Shown: positions 49,995 through 59,985 of the stretch, piece by piece
Layout of the letters: each line of letters starts with the position of its first letter
How positions within the stretch are numbered: the first letter of the stretch is position 1
Virus record (IMG/VR): IMGVR_UViG_2724679206_000002
Coordinates: 8,877 to 72,876 of that record
Strand: one strand, 5' to 3'
DNA length: 64,000 nt
Source of the DNA: a virus
Lineage: Duplodnaviria; Caudoviricetes
The notes under the pieces: model-generated
Databases searched by the model: none
Told to the model about the DNA's origin: nothing
Seen by the model: the letters and a program-made list of their open reading frames with translations, nothing else
Program-made: the position numbers and the translations under genes

Positions 49995-50822
49995 ATGGGT
50001 AATGATCTTTCAAAAGTGCCAGCCGCTAATGCTCACTCGGTGAAACAGCCTGAGCGTATGAATGCAGATCCTTTTTGGGGAAAAGTCTCAAAACATAAAT
50101 TTGCTGAATTCAATCTTTGCAGTGTTTCACGTGATGAGAATAATAATGAAGTCATTACTGTAGATACCAGCCAGCCTACAGTGCGTGCTTTTCTGGTCGA
50201 TGGTGACAAGACCATGGAAAGCCAATGGCAAACGCCCTTTGAAAATAGTAATCCTGAGCTGAAAATGCCGATGTTGATGGCGGGTTTGCAGACTGGGCAG
50301 ACAATAACGTCCATGGGCGCTGCAGCAGACAGTATTCTGGGAGATACAGTTTCAGCTGCAGCAAAAACCGCGATGAAGCCTATGGCTGACTTTATAAAGT
50401 CAGTTCAAGGGCATACCAATCTGAATAAAGTCAACACAACTCAGGTTTTCCTTTCGACCGCTTCAGTCCGTCTTAACCTCAGTCTTTTTTTTATTGCTTT
50501 TAGAAATGCAAAAATTGAAGTTGAGGAGAAAATAATGAAGCTGGAATCATGGTCCGTGCCAGTGCATTTGTCGCAGGGGACTGTACTTACAGATGTTGTT
50601 GAACAAGGGGCAGCGGGCCTATTTTCGGGTGTCATTCCGCCGTATATCTCTCTTACGACACACGGTAAAACCTATTGGCCGTTTATTTTAGAAAGCGTTT
50701 CTGCCCCGATTGTGACGCCGATTGATGAAGACGGAAACCGTTTAAACCTCGCAATAAACATCAGCATTGTGAGCCGTACAGCATGGGATGCAGACGATGT
50801 TCGTAAACTTTATGGGAATTAA
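49995..50822 (+). CDS. Putative baseplate/tail-tube initiator protein
   Basis: SQWQTPFE and ILESVS.PI..PID..GNR motifs; late promoter. Confidence 0.5.
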   Translation: MGNDLSKVPAANAHSVKQPERMNADPFWGKVSKHKFAEFNLCSVSRDENNNEVITVDTSQPTVRAFLVDGDKTMESQWQTPFENSNPELKMPMLMAGLQTGQTITSMGAAADSILGDTVSAAAKTAMKPMADFIKSVQGHTNLNKVNTTQVFLSTASVRLNLSLFFIAFRNAKIEVEEKIMKLESWSVPVHLSQGTVLTDVVEQGAAGLFSGVIPPYISLTTHGKTYWPFILESVSAPIVTPIDEDGNRLNLAINISIVSRTAWDADDVRKLYGN

Positions 50823-50827
50823 CAGAA

Positions 50828-51526
50828 ATGCTGACTTTTGATCCAGTTCAAATAGGAAATAATGTCTATCAACTTCATGAAATTGAATTCAATAACGCAT
50901 TGAAGGTCGCGGCCATTGATCAGAGGCTGAATGAAAAACGTATCAGTGAATTTTTGAGGCATATACTGGATAAAGATCAGCCCTTAGAGCTGACAGCCCA
51001 AGAGCGTTATTGCTTGATGCTGAAATATATGGAAAAGCAGTCTATCACGCTCTTTTCAACGGATACGGATTTTTCAAAATGTTATTTGGCCAGTGAAAAA
51101 CCATGGCTAAATGAAATTACACATAATGGAATTACAGTACGCCAGCTGATCGGTAGAGAAGTGGAGTATATGGAAGCTCACTGTGCGAATGCAGCTGAAT
51201 GGATCGCATGCATGCTGGCATTCCAAATCAGTTACAGCGGGCATGAAGCTTTATCAGAGTTGCCGAACCGCAGTTTAAATGACACTGATTTTATTAATCA
51301 GTTTTCTGAACGTTTAGCATATTTAAAACGCCGCGCTCAAAGTGATTTTGATTTGATTTACCAAGATTTTAATGTGTTAAATAATCAGCTGTTCAGCAAA
51401 ATTCATCTCAATGTCAGTAATCAAGGTCTTGTTATTTCAAGAGGTGCAGATGACGCTCCACTTCGATTTCGCCCCGCTGCCGCCTTTCTTGGAATCATCA
51501 AAGAACTGGATCAGTCACTTGTTTAG
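50828..51526 (+). CDS. Putative tail/baseplate assembly protein
   Basis: Operon position. Confidence 0.55.
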   Translation: MLTFDPVQIGNNVYQLHEIEFNNALKVAAIDQRLNEKRISEFLRHILDKDQPLELTAQERYCLMLKYMEKQSITLFSTDTDFSKCYLASEKPWLNEITHNGITVRQLIGREVEYMEAHCANAAEWIACMLAFQISYSGHEALSELPNRSLNDTDFINQFSERLAYLKRRAQSDFDLIYQDFNVLNNQLFSKIHLNVSNQGLVISRGADDAPLRFRPAAAFLGIIKELDQSLV

Positions 51527-51737
51527 TACTGCGCATGATTTGGCCCAGCATTCAAAAATGTCATTGCATGAAGTACTCAATATGCCAGTCAGTTTTGAAG
51601 CATTTTATTATTCTTCAGAAGCTTGGGAGAAACGAAAATTGGAAATTGAAGCCGAGGTTAAGCAGAGCAATGCCCTTATTAAAATGGGCAATGAAATAAT
51701 TAAAGCAATCAGCAGTTTAGGTGGAAAAAGGAAATGA
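51411..51737 (+). CDS. Small phage protein (start uncertain)
   Basis: Ends just before the terminator at 51748-51777; overlaps the upstream gene. Confidence 0.45.
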   Translation: MSVIKVLLFQEVQMTLHFDFAPLPPFLESSKNWISHLFSTAHDLAQHSKMSLHEVLNMPVSFEAFYYSSEAWEKRKLEIEAEVKQSNALIKMGNEIIKAISSLGGKRK

Positions 51738-51747
51738 GTGCTGTAGA

Positions 51748-51777
51748 AAAACCCTAGATCTAAGTCTAGGGTTTTTT
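51748..51777 (+). terminator. Intrinsic terminator abutting the lysis promoter
   Basis: AAAACCCTAGA-tctaag-TCTAGGGTTTTTT. Confidence 0.8.
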
Positions 51778-51779
51778 AT

Positions 51780-51821
51780 TTGGAACATGCTTTTTTACTG
51801 CTTAATCAGTCGAGCCAAAAT
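51780..51821 (+). promoter_or_regulatory. Late promoter element 18 (lysis cassette)
   Basis: TTGGAAC-N29-CAAAAT, hairpin TACTTGTA/TACAGGTA. Confidence 0.85.
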
Positions 51822-51851
51822 ACTTGTATAGAAAATTACAGGTATACAGCC

Positions 51852-52232
51852 ATGCAGGAAAATACTTTCCCTTGGATCATTAAGATTATTCCAGCTGTTG
51901 TTGGGGCTTTACTCGCTTTGGTGTTGAGCGGCGACATTGATAAGACAGGGAAAATTCAAGTTTCAATGTCTGTCATTGGCAAGTTTGCGGCAAGTGTCAC
52001 GGTGAGCTTATACGGTGGATCTGCCTTCATTGAATACTTTGGAATGCTTAAAGCATCAACGATGTATCAAGGTTTTGTGATGCTGATGTTTGCTGTTTTT
52101 GGCCTTCTTGCGATCGGGATTTTATATCAGTCAATTGCTTTGCTGAAGGGAAAACCTTTACCAGAAGTTATTGCTGAAATTAAGTCTGCCTTTCTTGCTA
52201 TTTGGAGCAGCGGAAAAGGGGGCAATGACTAA
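51852..52232 (+). CDS. Holin
   Basis: Three TM segments; TAATG-coupled to the endolysin. Confidence 0.8.
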   Translation: MQENTFPWIIKIIPAVVGALLALVLSGDIDKTGKIQVSMSVIGKFAASVTVSLYGGSAFIEYFGMLKASTMYQGFVMLMFAVFGLLAIGILYQSIALLKGKPLPEVIAEIKSAFLAIWSSGKGGND

Positions 52233-52852
52233 TGAGTATTGATCAATCGCAACAAATTGCGCAAACATATTCATGGCTGCGGGCCATGTCCGGCGGTAAG
52301 TTGTCAGTGGATCAAGTTATAGCTGGTGATCAGATTATTGCTACAAGTGGTTTAAGCACTTTTGCACAATCAATCGGATTTGTATTGCCTTCATCTGTGG
52401 CCACAGGTCAATGGGATATCTCAGATAAAGGGTATGCATTAATTCGTGAACTTGAAGGTTTTAAAGCTGACGCATATTTGGACACCGGTGGCGTTTGGAC
52501 AATTGGTTTTGGTACCATCAAATATCCCGATGGAACGCGGGTACGAAAAGGAGATGTTTGCACACGCGGGCAAGCTGAAGTATGGCTTAAAAATGACAGT
52601 GCATGGGTAGATACTTGCTTAGATCGAACTGTTAAAACAAAAATAACTCAAACCCAATTTGATGCTTTGGCCAGCTTTGTTTACAACATTGGTGAAACAG
52701 CATTTGTAAAAAGCACTATGCTGACTCTAATCAATCAAAATAATTTAACTGGTGCTGCAAACCAGTTTGATCGATGGGTATTTGATAATGGAAAGCGGGT
52801 GCAGGGCCTTGTTAATCGTCGCCTTAAAGAAAAGTCGCTATTCTTATCGTGA
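52232..52852 (+). CDS. Endolysin (GH24 lysozyme)
   Basis: LEG...AYLDTGGVWTIGFG (E-D-T triad), QFDALASFVYNIG, GLVNRR..E. Confidence 0.95.
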   Translation: MSIDQSQQIAQTYSWLRAMSGGKLSVDQVIAGDQIIATSGLSTFAQSIGFVLPSSVATGQWDISDKGYALIRELEGFKADAYLDTGGVWTIGFGTIKYPDGTRVRKGDVCTRGQAEVWLKNDSAWVDTCLDRTVKTKITQTQFDALASFVYNIGETAFVKSTMLTLINQNNLTGAANQFDRWVFDNGKRVQGLVNRRLKEKSLFLS

Positions 52853-52867
52853 TCAAAGCTATGGTGC

Positions 52868-52895
52868 TGTGTAGCCTGATTACAGGCTACACAGT
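52868..52895. terminator. Perfect 12-bp hairpin between the endolysin and the convergent NRPS-like gene
   Basis: CTGTGTAGCCTG-atta-CAGGCTACACAG. Confidence 0.6.
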
Positions 52896-52922
52896 CCACT
52901 TTTTGAAAAAATAATTTAGAAA

Positions 52923-55900
52923 TTATGTTTTCATTATATTACTGGGAATAAAATTGCTCTCAATCCAATACTTAAGATATTTATGTAAAATTTCTTGATT
53001 TAAAGTTGGGGATTCTAAATTATTACCTAAAGCTTTTTTGACATTATCCGTGCGATAAGTAGGCATATTTTCATAAACCTCCCAACGGGTCATTGAGCCA
53101 TAGACAGGTTCTTTAAGCATAGGCAATAATGGCAGAAGTGGGTTGCTGTTCAAGTCACCAGATTTTTCTAAAATATTTATCCATTCTTGATACTGAACTA
53201 GCTCTAAGTTATAGCCATATTTAAGAAGATATCCGTGTAATTCAATTAAATTAATCGAATCATCAGGATTTAAAGGCACAAAATTATAACACTGCTGATA
53301 ACACATTTTTTTTGCGATATTCAATAAGCAACTACTTACATAATCTACTGCAATAAACTCTTTTTTCTGCTTCTCTAATTTAGGAAATACTCCTATTTCG
53401 ATACAGCCTTTTAAAAATCTTGCTACGAAGTCTTTTTCATTACCAATACCATTTTTACTATCTCCCATGATAAAACCAGGGCGATAGATATTAATCGGAA
53501 GGCCTTCATCTTGCGCTCTGATCATTATTTTTTCTGCAACCCATTGGCTTTGAGAATAACCTGTATCGTATCTTAAGCAATCGAGATGCTTATCCAAAGG
53601 TTCATTTTCACTTAAATCACTCACTTTATTGAAAAAGCCAGTAGGTCCAAATGCAGCAATGCTTGAAGTATAATGTAAAGGTTTAACTCTATGATTAATT
53701 GAAAATTCAATTATGTTTAAGGTACCTGTCACGTTGGCAGGCTTATGCACTGAGTAGGGTTGTGTATAATTTACATGAGCTCCCAAATGAAAAATACATG
53801 ATATATCCTCACTGAGTTTTTCGTATTCAGTATGCGTTAAGCCAAATAAGTTTTGATCTAAAAAACCACAGATAACTTTAATTTTTTTTAAATATGTTTC
53901 ATCCCATAGATTGTATTTTTTTTGGTTGAGAATAATTTTTTCCAGACCGTCTGATATGTTTTTAGCTCTTACTAAGCAATAAACTGCTTTAATTGAATCT
54001 TCTTTACATAGGTCATTTAAAAAGAAAGCACCTAAAAATCCAGTGCTGCCCGTAAGAAATACGTTGCCTTCATTTTCGGATAGCCAATTAATTTGGTGAT
54101 AATTTTTTTCAAATAATGGTAATTCTAAATTTCCATCGTTTCTTAATATTTCTACAGTATTGTCTATTGAAACACTTTCTATTTTATTGATTTTAGATTC
54201 AATTAATAGCGCTAATTTAATGAGTGTAGGATTTTCATACAGTTCAATAATAGGGATTTGAACATAAAAATGTTTTTCAATATCTATTACTAATGTTGCG
54301 ACATGCAATGAACTCCCACCTAATTCAAAGAAGTCATCATACTGATCTATTGATGAGTAATTAAGCAATTCAATCCAAAGTTTTCTCAATTTTTTTATAA
54401 TATGGTTTTCATCACTTGTATCAATTTTTTTATTTATATCTGACATTTCAAAAAGCTTTCTTTTATCAGCCTTGCCATTTGAATTTAATGCAATATATGG
54501 AACTAAAGAAATCCTAGGGAGCATATAATTTGGAAGAATTTTCCCTAATTTATCTTTTAGATCAAATAATGAAAATTCTTTTTTTAGAATAACATAGGCC
54601 ATAATATAGGGTTCATGATGTATCTCAATAGGTTTGATGATATCTACAACTACCGATTCAACAAGCTTACTATGCAAAATTTCTTGCTCTATCTCCTCAA
54701 GATTTATACGATGTCCTCTAATTTTAATTTGATTATCTTTGCGTCCAAAGCATTCGAGAAAGTCATTGTTATTAATCCTTCCTAAATCCCCGGTACGGTA
54801 GATTTTTTGCTCAATGCCATTGATGGTTATTGTGATAAATTTTTCCAAATTTTCTGTATCATTATTAGCATAACTTCTAGATACACCATCACCTGCTATC
54901 CCAATTTCTCCCATATCCCCCTTATGCACGATTTCCATTTGATTGTTTAGGATGAATATATCTGTATTCGCAATTGGCCTTCCAATATCTATATTTTTAT
55001 TATGATTTAAATATTCCAAAGTGATATGCCTTGTACTTGCATAAGTTGTACATTCAGTTGGACCATATCCATTTCTTAAATTTTCTACGTTAGAATGAAT
55101 TAATACTTGCTTCATAGCATAGGCATTAGCGGGTTCACCACCAACAATTATAGAATTTACACCTTTGAATGCATCTGGCTTTGATAATGCGATTACATTA
55201 AATAAGGCAGTTGTAACAGCCATAATTGTAATATTACGATTTTTGATTTCTTCTTGAAAAGCATTAAGGCTTAATATTGTTTTCTTGGGGATTATATGAA
55301 GCGTGCACCCATTTAATAACGTACCGTAAATTTCAAATAAAGAAGCATCAAATGTTGGATTGCTAATATGGGAGACTTCATCTGTGGGTGTAAATACACA
55401 AAACTCCTCATTAAAAGCAAGACGCATAATTCCTTTGGATAAAATTTGTACTGCTTTGGGGGTGCCCGTGGTCCCTGATGTATGAAGAATGTGGGTTCTA
55501 TGATCTAGTGTTAAATTTATTGTTTTTGATGGCTCTGCAAATTGCCTTTTAGTTATATTGCTTATTGTTAAGATTTTACTAATTTTCAGTCTATTTTTTT
55601 CACAATCTTCTGTTATCAATATCTTACAGCGTAAATTATCTAAAATATTCTGAATTCTTAGAGTAGGCTGGTTCCTATCTAAAGGGATACAAGTGCCGCC
55701 TCCAAATAAAATTCCTATTTGAGCAATAATACTTTCAATTGATGGCTCAAGAAGAATCCCTATAGGCTCTTCAATGGAAATATCTAGTTCTCGCAGTTGA
55801 TAGGCTAAACTCTTTGCCTTTTTTATTAGTTCGCTATAGGTAATAGATTCTTGTTCAATTTTTATTGCTATTTTTTCAGGAAAAGTAATAGCTAATGAAT

Positions 55901-55973
55901 CTAAAATTTTAGTTAAATCGCATTGTAAATAAGAATTTTTATTCCCAATTAAGTAACTCAATTGATGGTTCAT
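52923..55973 (-). CDS. NRPS-like A-T-R enzyme (adenylation, carrier, thioester reductase)
   Basis: TSGTTGTPK, YGPTE, YRTGDLG, GRKDNQIKIRG, NGKAD; FFELGGSSL; LTGSTGFLG and GYSQSQW. Confidence 0.92.
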   Translation of the reverse strand: MNHQLSYLIGNKNSYLQCDLTKILDSLAITFPEKIAIKIEQESITYSELIKKAKSLAYQLRELDISIEEPIGILLEPSIESIIAQIGILFGGGTCIPLDRNQPTLRIQNILDNLRCKILITEDCEKNRLKISKILTISNITKRQFAEPSKTINLTLDHRTHILHTSGTTGTPKAVQILSKGIMRLAFNEEFCVFTPTDEVSHISNPTFDASLFEIYGTLLNGCTLHIIPKKTILSLNAFQEEIKNRNITIMAVTTALFNVIALSKPDAFKGVNSIIVGGEPANAYAMKQVLIHSNVENLRNGYGPTECTTYASTRHITLEYLNHNKNIDIGRPIANTDIFILNNQMEIVHKGDMGEIGIAGDGVSRSYANNDTENLEKFITITINGIEQKIYRTGDLGRINNNDFLECFGRKDNQIKIRGHRINLEEIEQEILHSKLVESVVVDIIKPIEIHHEPYIMAYVILKKEFSLFDLKDKLGKILPNYMLPRISLVPYIALNSNGKADKRKLFEMSDINKKIDTSDENHIIKKLRKLWIELLNYSSIDQYDDFFELGGSSLHVATLVIDIEKHFYVQIPIIELYENPTLIKLALLIESKINKIESVSIDNTVEILRNDGNLELPLFEKNYHQINWLSENEGNVFLTGSTGFLGAFFLNDLCKEDSIKAVYCLVRAKNISDGLEKIILNQKKYNLWDETYLKKIKVICGFLDQNLFGLTHTEYEKLSEDISCIFHLGAHVNYTQPYSVHKPANVTGTLNIIEFSINHRVKPLHYTSSIAAFGPTGFFNKVSDLSENEPLDKHLDCLRYDTGYSQSQWVAEKIMIRAQDEGLPINIYRPGFIMGDSKNGIGNEKDFVARFLKGCIEIGVFPKLEKQKKEFIAVDYVSSCLLNIAKKMCYQQCYNFVPLNPDDSINLIELHGYLLKYGYNLELVQYQEWINILEKSGDLNSNPLLPLLPMLKEPVYGSMTRWEVYENMPTYRTDNVKKALGNNLESPTLNQEILHKYLKYWIESNFIPSNIMKT

Positions 55974-56211
55974 TTAAAATTTCTCTCATTGTAAAAAGAC
56001 TTTAATTTAAACTTCAAGAGATTGAATATTAACTTCTTTTATTTTGCGTTTCTTTGGCTAATACTTACTATTTGGTCAAATTTAGAACCGTTTTCTATAA
56101 TTATTTGGGCCCACCGCTGCTACAGAATGACCAACCGTAGATTGCTGATTAAACGATAATTAAAGCGGACAGATCTTTGTAATCATGCTTGTGGCGGATT
56201 CACCCTGCATT

Positions 56212-56338
56212 GTATACAGCATGGTAGGCAGGAAAATACATCCCTTGGATCCTTAAGATTATTCCAGCTTTCATTGGAGCTTTACTCACTTTGATGTTGA
56301 GCGGCGACATTGATAAGACAGGGAAAATTTAAATTTCA
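56212..56338 (+). pseudogene. Degenerate copy of the 5' end of the holin gene
   Basis: Near match to 51842-51965 (TTGAGCGGCGACATTGATAAGACAGGGAAAATT identical) with indels and a stop. Confidence 0.85.
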
Positions 56339-56508
56339 CAATAATTCGTGATAATGAGGGCTTTCGGAACAAAACTTATAAAGAAACTGGCGGTGTTTAT
56401 GGTGCTGTGCAGTATGCGTTAGAACGTACAGCACAAGCACTAAACTCAGAAAATCACTTAAATATACTTTTCTGTTAACACGTATTTTCTAATCATATTA
56501 AGAAAAGT

Positions 56509-57663
56509 TTAAGACCAGCCTTGTTGACGATTACGTATGTAAGGCAGAAGAGAAGCCAATGCTAATACAGCCAATACAGCACCAATCCATAAGCCTGAAC
56601 GTAAGCCATAACCATTTGTAATCGCTAAACCGCCAATATATGAGCCGCCGCCTAAACCAATGTTAATTACCGATGTATGTACCGCATTGACCATAGGCCC
56701 AGGATGGGCAACACTGACAATTCTCGCCATCATTGCTGGATTCATTGGAACACCTGATAAACCAATTAAGATTATTGCGATGATTGCCACCGTTTTATAT
56801 TCGGCAAAGATTGCAAAAGCGAACAAGGCTATAGTTAATACGGTTAGTCCAATGAGCATAATGTTAAGGCTGTGATCATGTGCTAAACGACCAGTGATCG
56901 TGTTACCTACAATATTTGCAAAACCAAATGCCATCAAAATAAATGGCACAACTTGCATGCTGAAACCAGTAATATCGACCAAAACAGGGACAAAATAACT
57001 AAATGCTGCAAAGCTTGCACCTAGAATCAAGCAGCTGGTTGCACAGGCTTTCCAGTACGCTTTATTTTTAAAGGCTTTGATCTCATCTTCCATTTTGAGC
57101 TGTCCACTGCCAGTTACTTCAGGTAAAAGACGTACTAGAGCGATGAGGCATACAAATACCAATACAGCGACTAAACCAAAAGTGATACGCCAGCCCCATT
57201 GTTGATCAATTATGGTCGCAAGAGGGACACCAAATACATTGGAAATCATAAAACCACCAATCACAATCGCTGCTGCGCGAGGGCGGTTATGATTTGGAAC
57301 CATGGCCATACTTATGGCAAGTGAAAGGCTTAAGCAGCCAGCACATAAGACACCAGTGACAAGACGGATGACGATCAAAACAGCATGACTGGAAGTAAAT
57401 GCGCTAAGACCTTGAATCACCACATAGAGTGCTAAAAGAATCAGTAAGACTTTGCGATATTGAACTTTATATTTGAGGAAAAAGTAGGTGAGAACAGGCC
57501 CACCTAACATGACACCAAAGGCATAGTATGAAATTAAATGTCCAACGTCACCTACACTAATTCCAAAGGCATGGGATAAAGTGGCGGTCATACCAGCGAC
57601 CATCAATTCTGCTGTACCAATTGAAAAAATCGCCAGACCTAATATATATACTGCTAACGGCAT
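56509..57663 (-). CDS. MFS efflux transporter (DHA1, Cmx/CmrA-like)
   Basis: About 12 TM segments; MPLAVYILGLAIFSIGTAE, GVPL.T.I....GWR.TF. Confidence 0.9.
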   Translation of the reverse strand: MPLAVYILGLAIFSIGTAELMVAGMTATLSHAFGISVGDVGHLISYYAFGVMLGGPVLTYFFLKYKVQYRKVLLILLALYVVIQGLSAFTSSHAVLIVIRLVTGVLCAGCLSLSLAISMAMVPNHNRPRAAAIVIGGFMISNVFGVPLATIIDQQWGWRITFGLVAVLVFVCLIALVRLLPEVTGSGQLKMEDEIKAFKNKAYWKACATSCLILGASFAAFSYFVPVLVDITGFSMQVVPFILMAFGFANIVGNTITGRLAHDHSLNIMLIGLTVLTIALFAFAIFAEYKTVAIIAIILIGLSGVPMNPAMMARIVSVAHPGPMVNAVHTSVINIGLGGGSYIGGLAITNGYGLRSGLWIGAVLAVLALASLLPYIRNRQQGWS

Positions 57664-57740
57664 TTTTTTAACACATTCCTATTTATTTAACGATCATTAC
57701 AAAATTAAAGGGTTTAATTTCTTTTGCACTGGTGATGTAA

Positions 57741-58343
57741 TTACAAGTTGGCTAAGAGGCCATTAACTACATCTTCCAGAAAGCTTTTATCTGAAATATT
57801 TTTGTTCAGTACACGCAAGCCGTAGTAACCAGCTAAAAAGCTTCGAGCCATTTCAAGGGCTGAAGCTTTGCTGCTGAATTCCCCATTTGCTTGTCCTTCG
57901 ACAAATACTGCGATGAGAGATTTCTCTAGGCGTTGTCGATACTCTTGATTCAGATTTGCGACGACCGGATCTTTATCTCCCATTTCTAAAGCGGAGAATA
58001 AGACCATTGCTTCGTGCTTTTCTGATTGTGAAAGATCCTCGGCAATCCCCCAAAGCAAGAGGGATCGTAATCGATCTTTGAGCAGTCCTGACTGTGTCAG
58101 GATAGATAATTGAGCAGCCATAGTTTGTTCATGGCTACGTAATAAAGCTTGTTCATATAAGGCTTGTTTGCTGCCGAAAGCGTTATATAAACTTCCTCTT
58201 CCTAAGCCTGTGCTATCACATAAATTTTGCGCAGAAGTGCCTGCATACCCATTGGTACTAAAGACAGCTACGGCTGCATCAATGATCTCTTTATCTTCAA
58301 ACTGTCTAGGACGGCCTGGATAATTAGATTTTTCATCACTCAT
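57741..58343 (-). CDS. TetR/AcrR regulator
   Basis: GRPRQF...GY.GTS...TGLGRGSLYNAFGSK. Confidence 0.93.
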   Translation of the reverse strand: MSDEKSNYPGRPRQFEDKEIIDAAVAVFSTNGYAGTSAQNLCDSTGLGRGSLYNAFGSKQALYEQALLRSHEQTMAAQLSILTQSGLLKDRLRSLLLWGIAEDLSQSEKHEAMVLFSALEMGDKDPVVANLNQEYRQRLEKSLIAVFVEGQANGEFSSKASALEMARSFLAGYYGLRVLNKNISDKSFLEDVVNGLLANL

Positions 58344-58518
58344 GGATAAGCCCGAGAGGGGTAAGCTGAGGTGGTATACTAGGTATTATGGAACGATTTG
58401 TCAAATATTAAGTCAGTGCTTAGAATTCTTATTTATGAAGAAAAATAAGATATTTATAATGGGTATTATGCAAAATGCTTGAAATTTACTCACAAGCATC
58501 AATATTTTATATGAAACC

Positions 58519-58910
58519 ATGACGGGGTTCAGCGCACTGTCATGGTTTCATTTCGATTATGTCAGCAAGCCAGAAAATGAAGATGATTTGTGAATACACT
58601 TGTTGAAGCCTTGGATGAGCTTTTAGATACCGTTGGTGATGATGAGTCACATCCTTTAATGGGGCTTATTCATCAGCTGGGCGATTTAGTTTCTGCGTAT
58701 GAAAACGAACATTTACCTATGCCCAAAGGCGATGGCCGAGCGGCTTTAGCTTTTTTGATGGCGCAGCACGGTTTGGGTCAGTCTGATTTACCAGAAGTCG
58801 CAACCCAATCTGTTATCTCAGAAATTTTAAGCGGTAAACGCCAATTGAACATTCGTCATATTAAAGCGCTATCTGAGCGGTTCAATGTCTCCGCAGATAC
58901 TTTTTTCTAA
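58519..58910 (+). pseudogene. higA: HigA-family antitoxin, apparently frameshifted near its N-terminus; no higB
   Basis: KPENEDDL then TGA; removing the duplicated TG at about 58588-58591 joins it to NTLVEALDELL...HPL...YE and the XRE HTH. Confidence 0.6.
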
Positions 58911-58946
58911 AAGGTAGAGTGCCGTGTGGCATTATATTTGAGTTTA

Positions 58947-59570
58947 TTAAGATGATTCAACGAGTAGCATAGCTTTTACTTCACTAATAGTAAAAGCGGG
59001 CTTTCTTCGATGGATTATGTAATGACAATTGGGGCAAACAGGGGCTAAGTCATCCTTTGGATTTACAACGTATTCTTTTTTAATTGAACTGATTTCGATT
59101 AAGTGATGTACATGAATGCATTCTTTACCAATTTCTCCGTATGTTTTTTCAAAATCAAATGAACAAACAGCACAAGTATAACCATGTATTTCTAAACATT
59201 TTTTACGTGCTTTTTTATTTCTCTCGTACGCATTAATTGTGACTGTTTTAGTAGAACCTTCGGTTAATCCATCTGAAAACTTTTCTTCATACTCTTCAGG
59301 TGGGAGAGTTTCCGTTATTTGTAGACGCCAATTTCCTCTACCAGCAGTTATGGGTTTTTCAATTAGGCCTTCTTGAACTAGATCTTGATGGGCCCAGCGG
59401 ATTTTATTTTGATAAATGGGACGCCCTTTTTTTTCTTCACTCAGCTCTGAAGGGCTTAGAGCCCATAGACTTGAAAAAAAACTATAAGCAATTTCAGGGG
59501 TAATTGAACCTCTCTCAGAAATTAGAGTGATTAATTGCTCTTTAATAATTTTGCGATTTGGAACGGGCAT
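58947..59570 (-). CDS. Mrr_N-like winged helix + McrA-like HNH endonuclease
   Basis: YQNKIRWA..DL...GLIE...RGNWRL; EG......YERN..AR...C.VC.FDF..YG...IHVHH...CPNCH. Confidence 0.85.
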   Translation of the reverse strand: MPVPNRKIIKEQLITLISERGSITPEIAYSFFSSLWALSPSELSEEKKGRPIYQNKIRWAHQDLVQEGLIEKPITAGRGNWRLQITETLPPEEYEEKFSDGLTEGSTKTVTINAYERNKKARKKCLEIHGYTCAVCSFDFEKTYGEIGKECIHVHHLIEISSIKKEYVVNPKDDLAPVCPNCHYIIHRRKPAFTISEVKAMLLVESS

Positions 59571-59615
59571 TTTTTGAACCTAGATCTAACTGTTTAAAAT
59601 AAAAAAGATAAGAGT

Positions 59616-59837
59616 TTATTTCTTCTTCTTCGGGCACTTCTTGCCATTTCCACCCGGCAAGCAATCACATGCTTGACCATCACCGTCGCGGTCTAAACTT
59701 TTCCAGCCTGTCTGTCCTGATTTCTTCCTTTGCTCATACCATTTCTGTGCTTGCTGCTGAGTACTAAAGTCAGCACACTTTTTTGCATAAACTTGGATGG
59801 AAGTGAACCCCAAAACTAAAATAAGTAAAAATTTCAT
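59616..59837 (-). CDS. Exported Excalibur calcium-binding protein
   Basis: Signal peptide; CADF.TQ..AQ...LDRDGDG.AC. Confidence 0.85.
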   Translation of the reverse strand: MKFLLILVLGFTSIQVYAKKCADFSTQQQAQKWYEQRKKSGQTGWKSLDRDGDGQACDCLPGGNGKKCPKKKK

Positions 59838-59985
59838 AAATTATTTTAAAGTCAAAACATTAGCCGAAGTCTAACAACTCTCAGCTTGTTTGCTCAATGA
59901 ATCTAGTTAGAAAGTATTATAAAATTTAGTTTGGTTGACAAAACTTTAAAATAGTCCTAAATCAAACTTTTATTTTATAAAAAAC

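Noticed and set aside
50828-51737. Lambda G/GT-type programmed -1 frameshift
   Set aside because: The second ORF is in the +1 frame, no clear slippery heptamer was seen, and the pair is not adjacent to the tape measure gene
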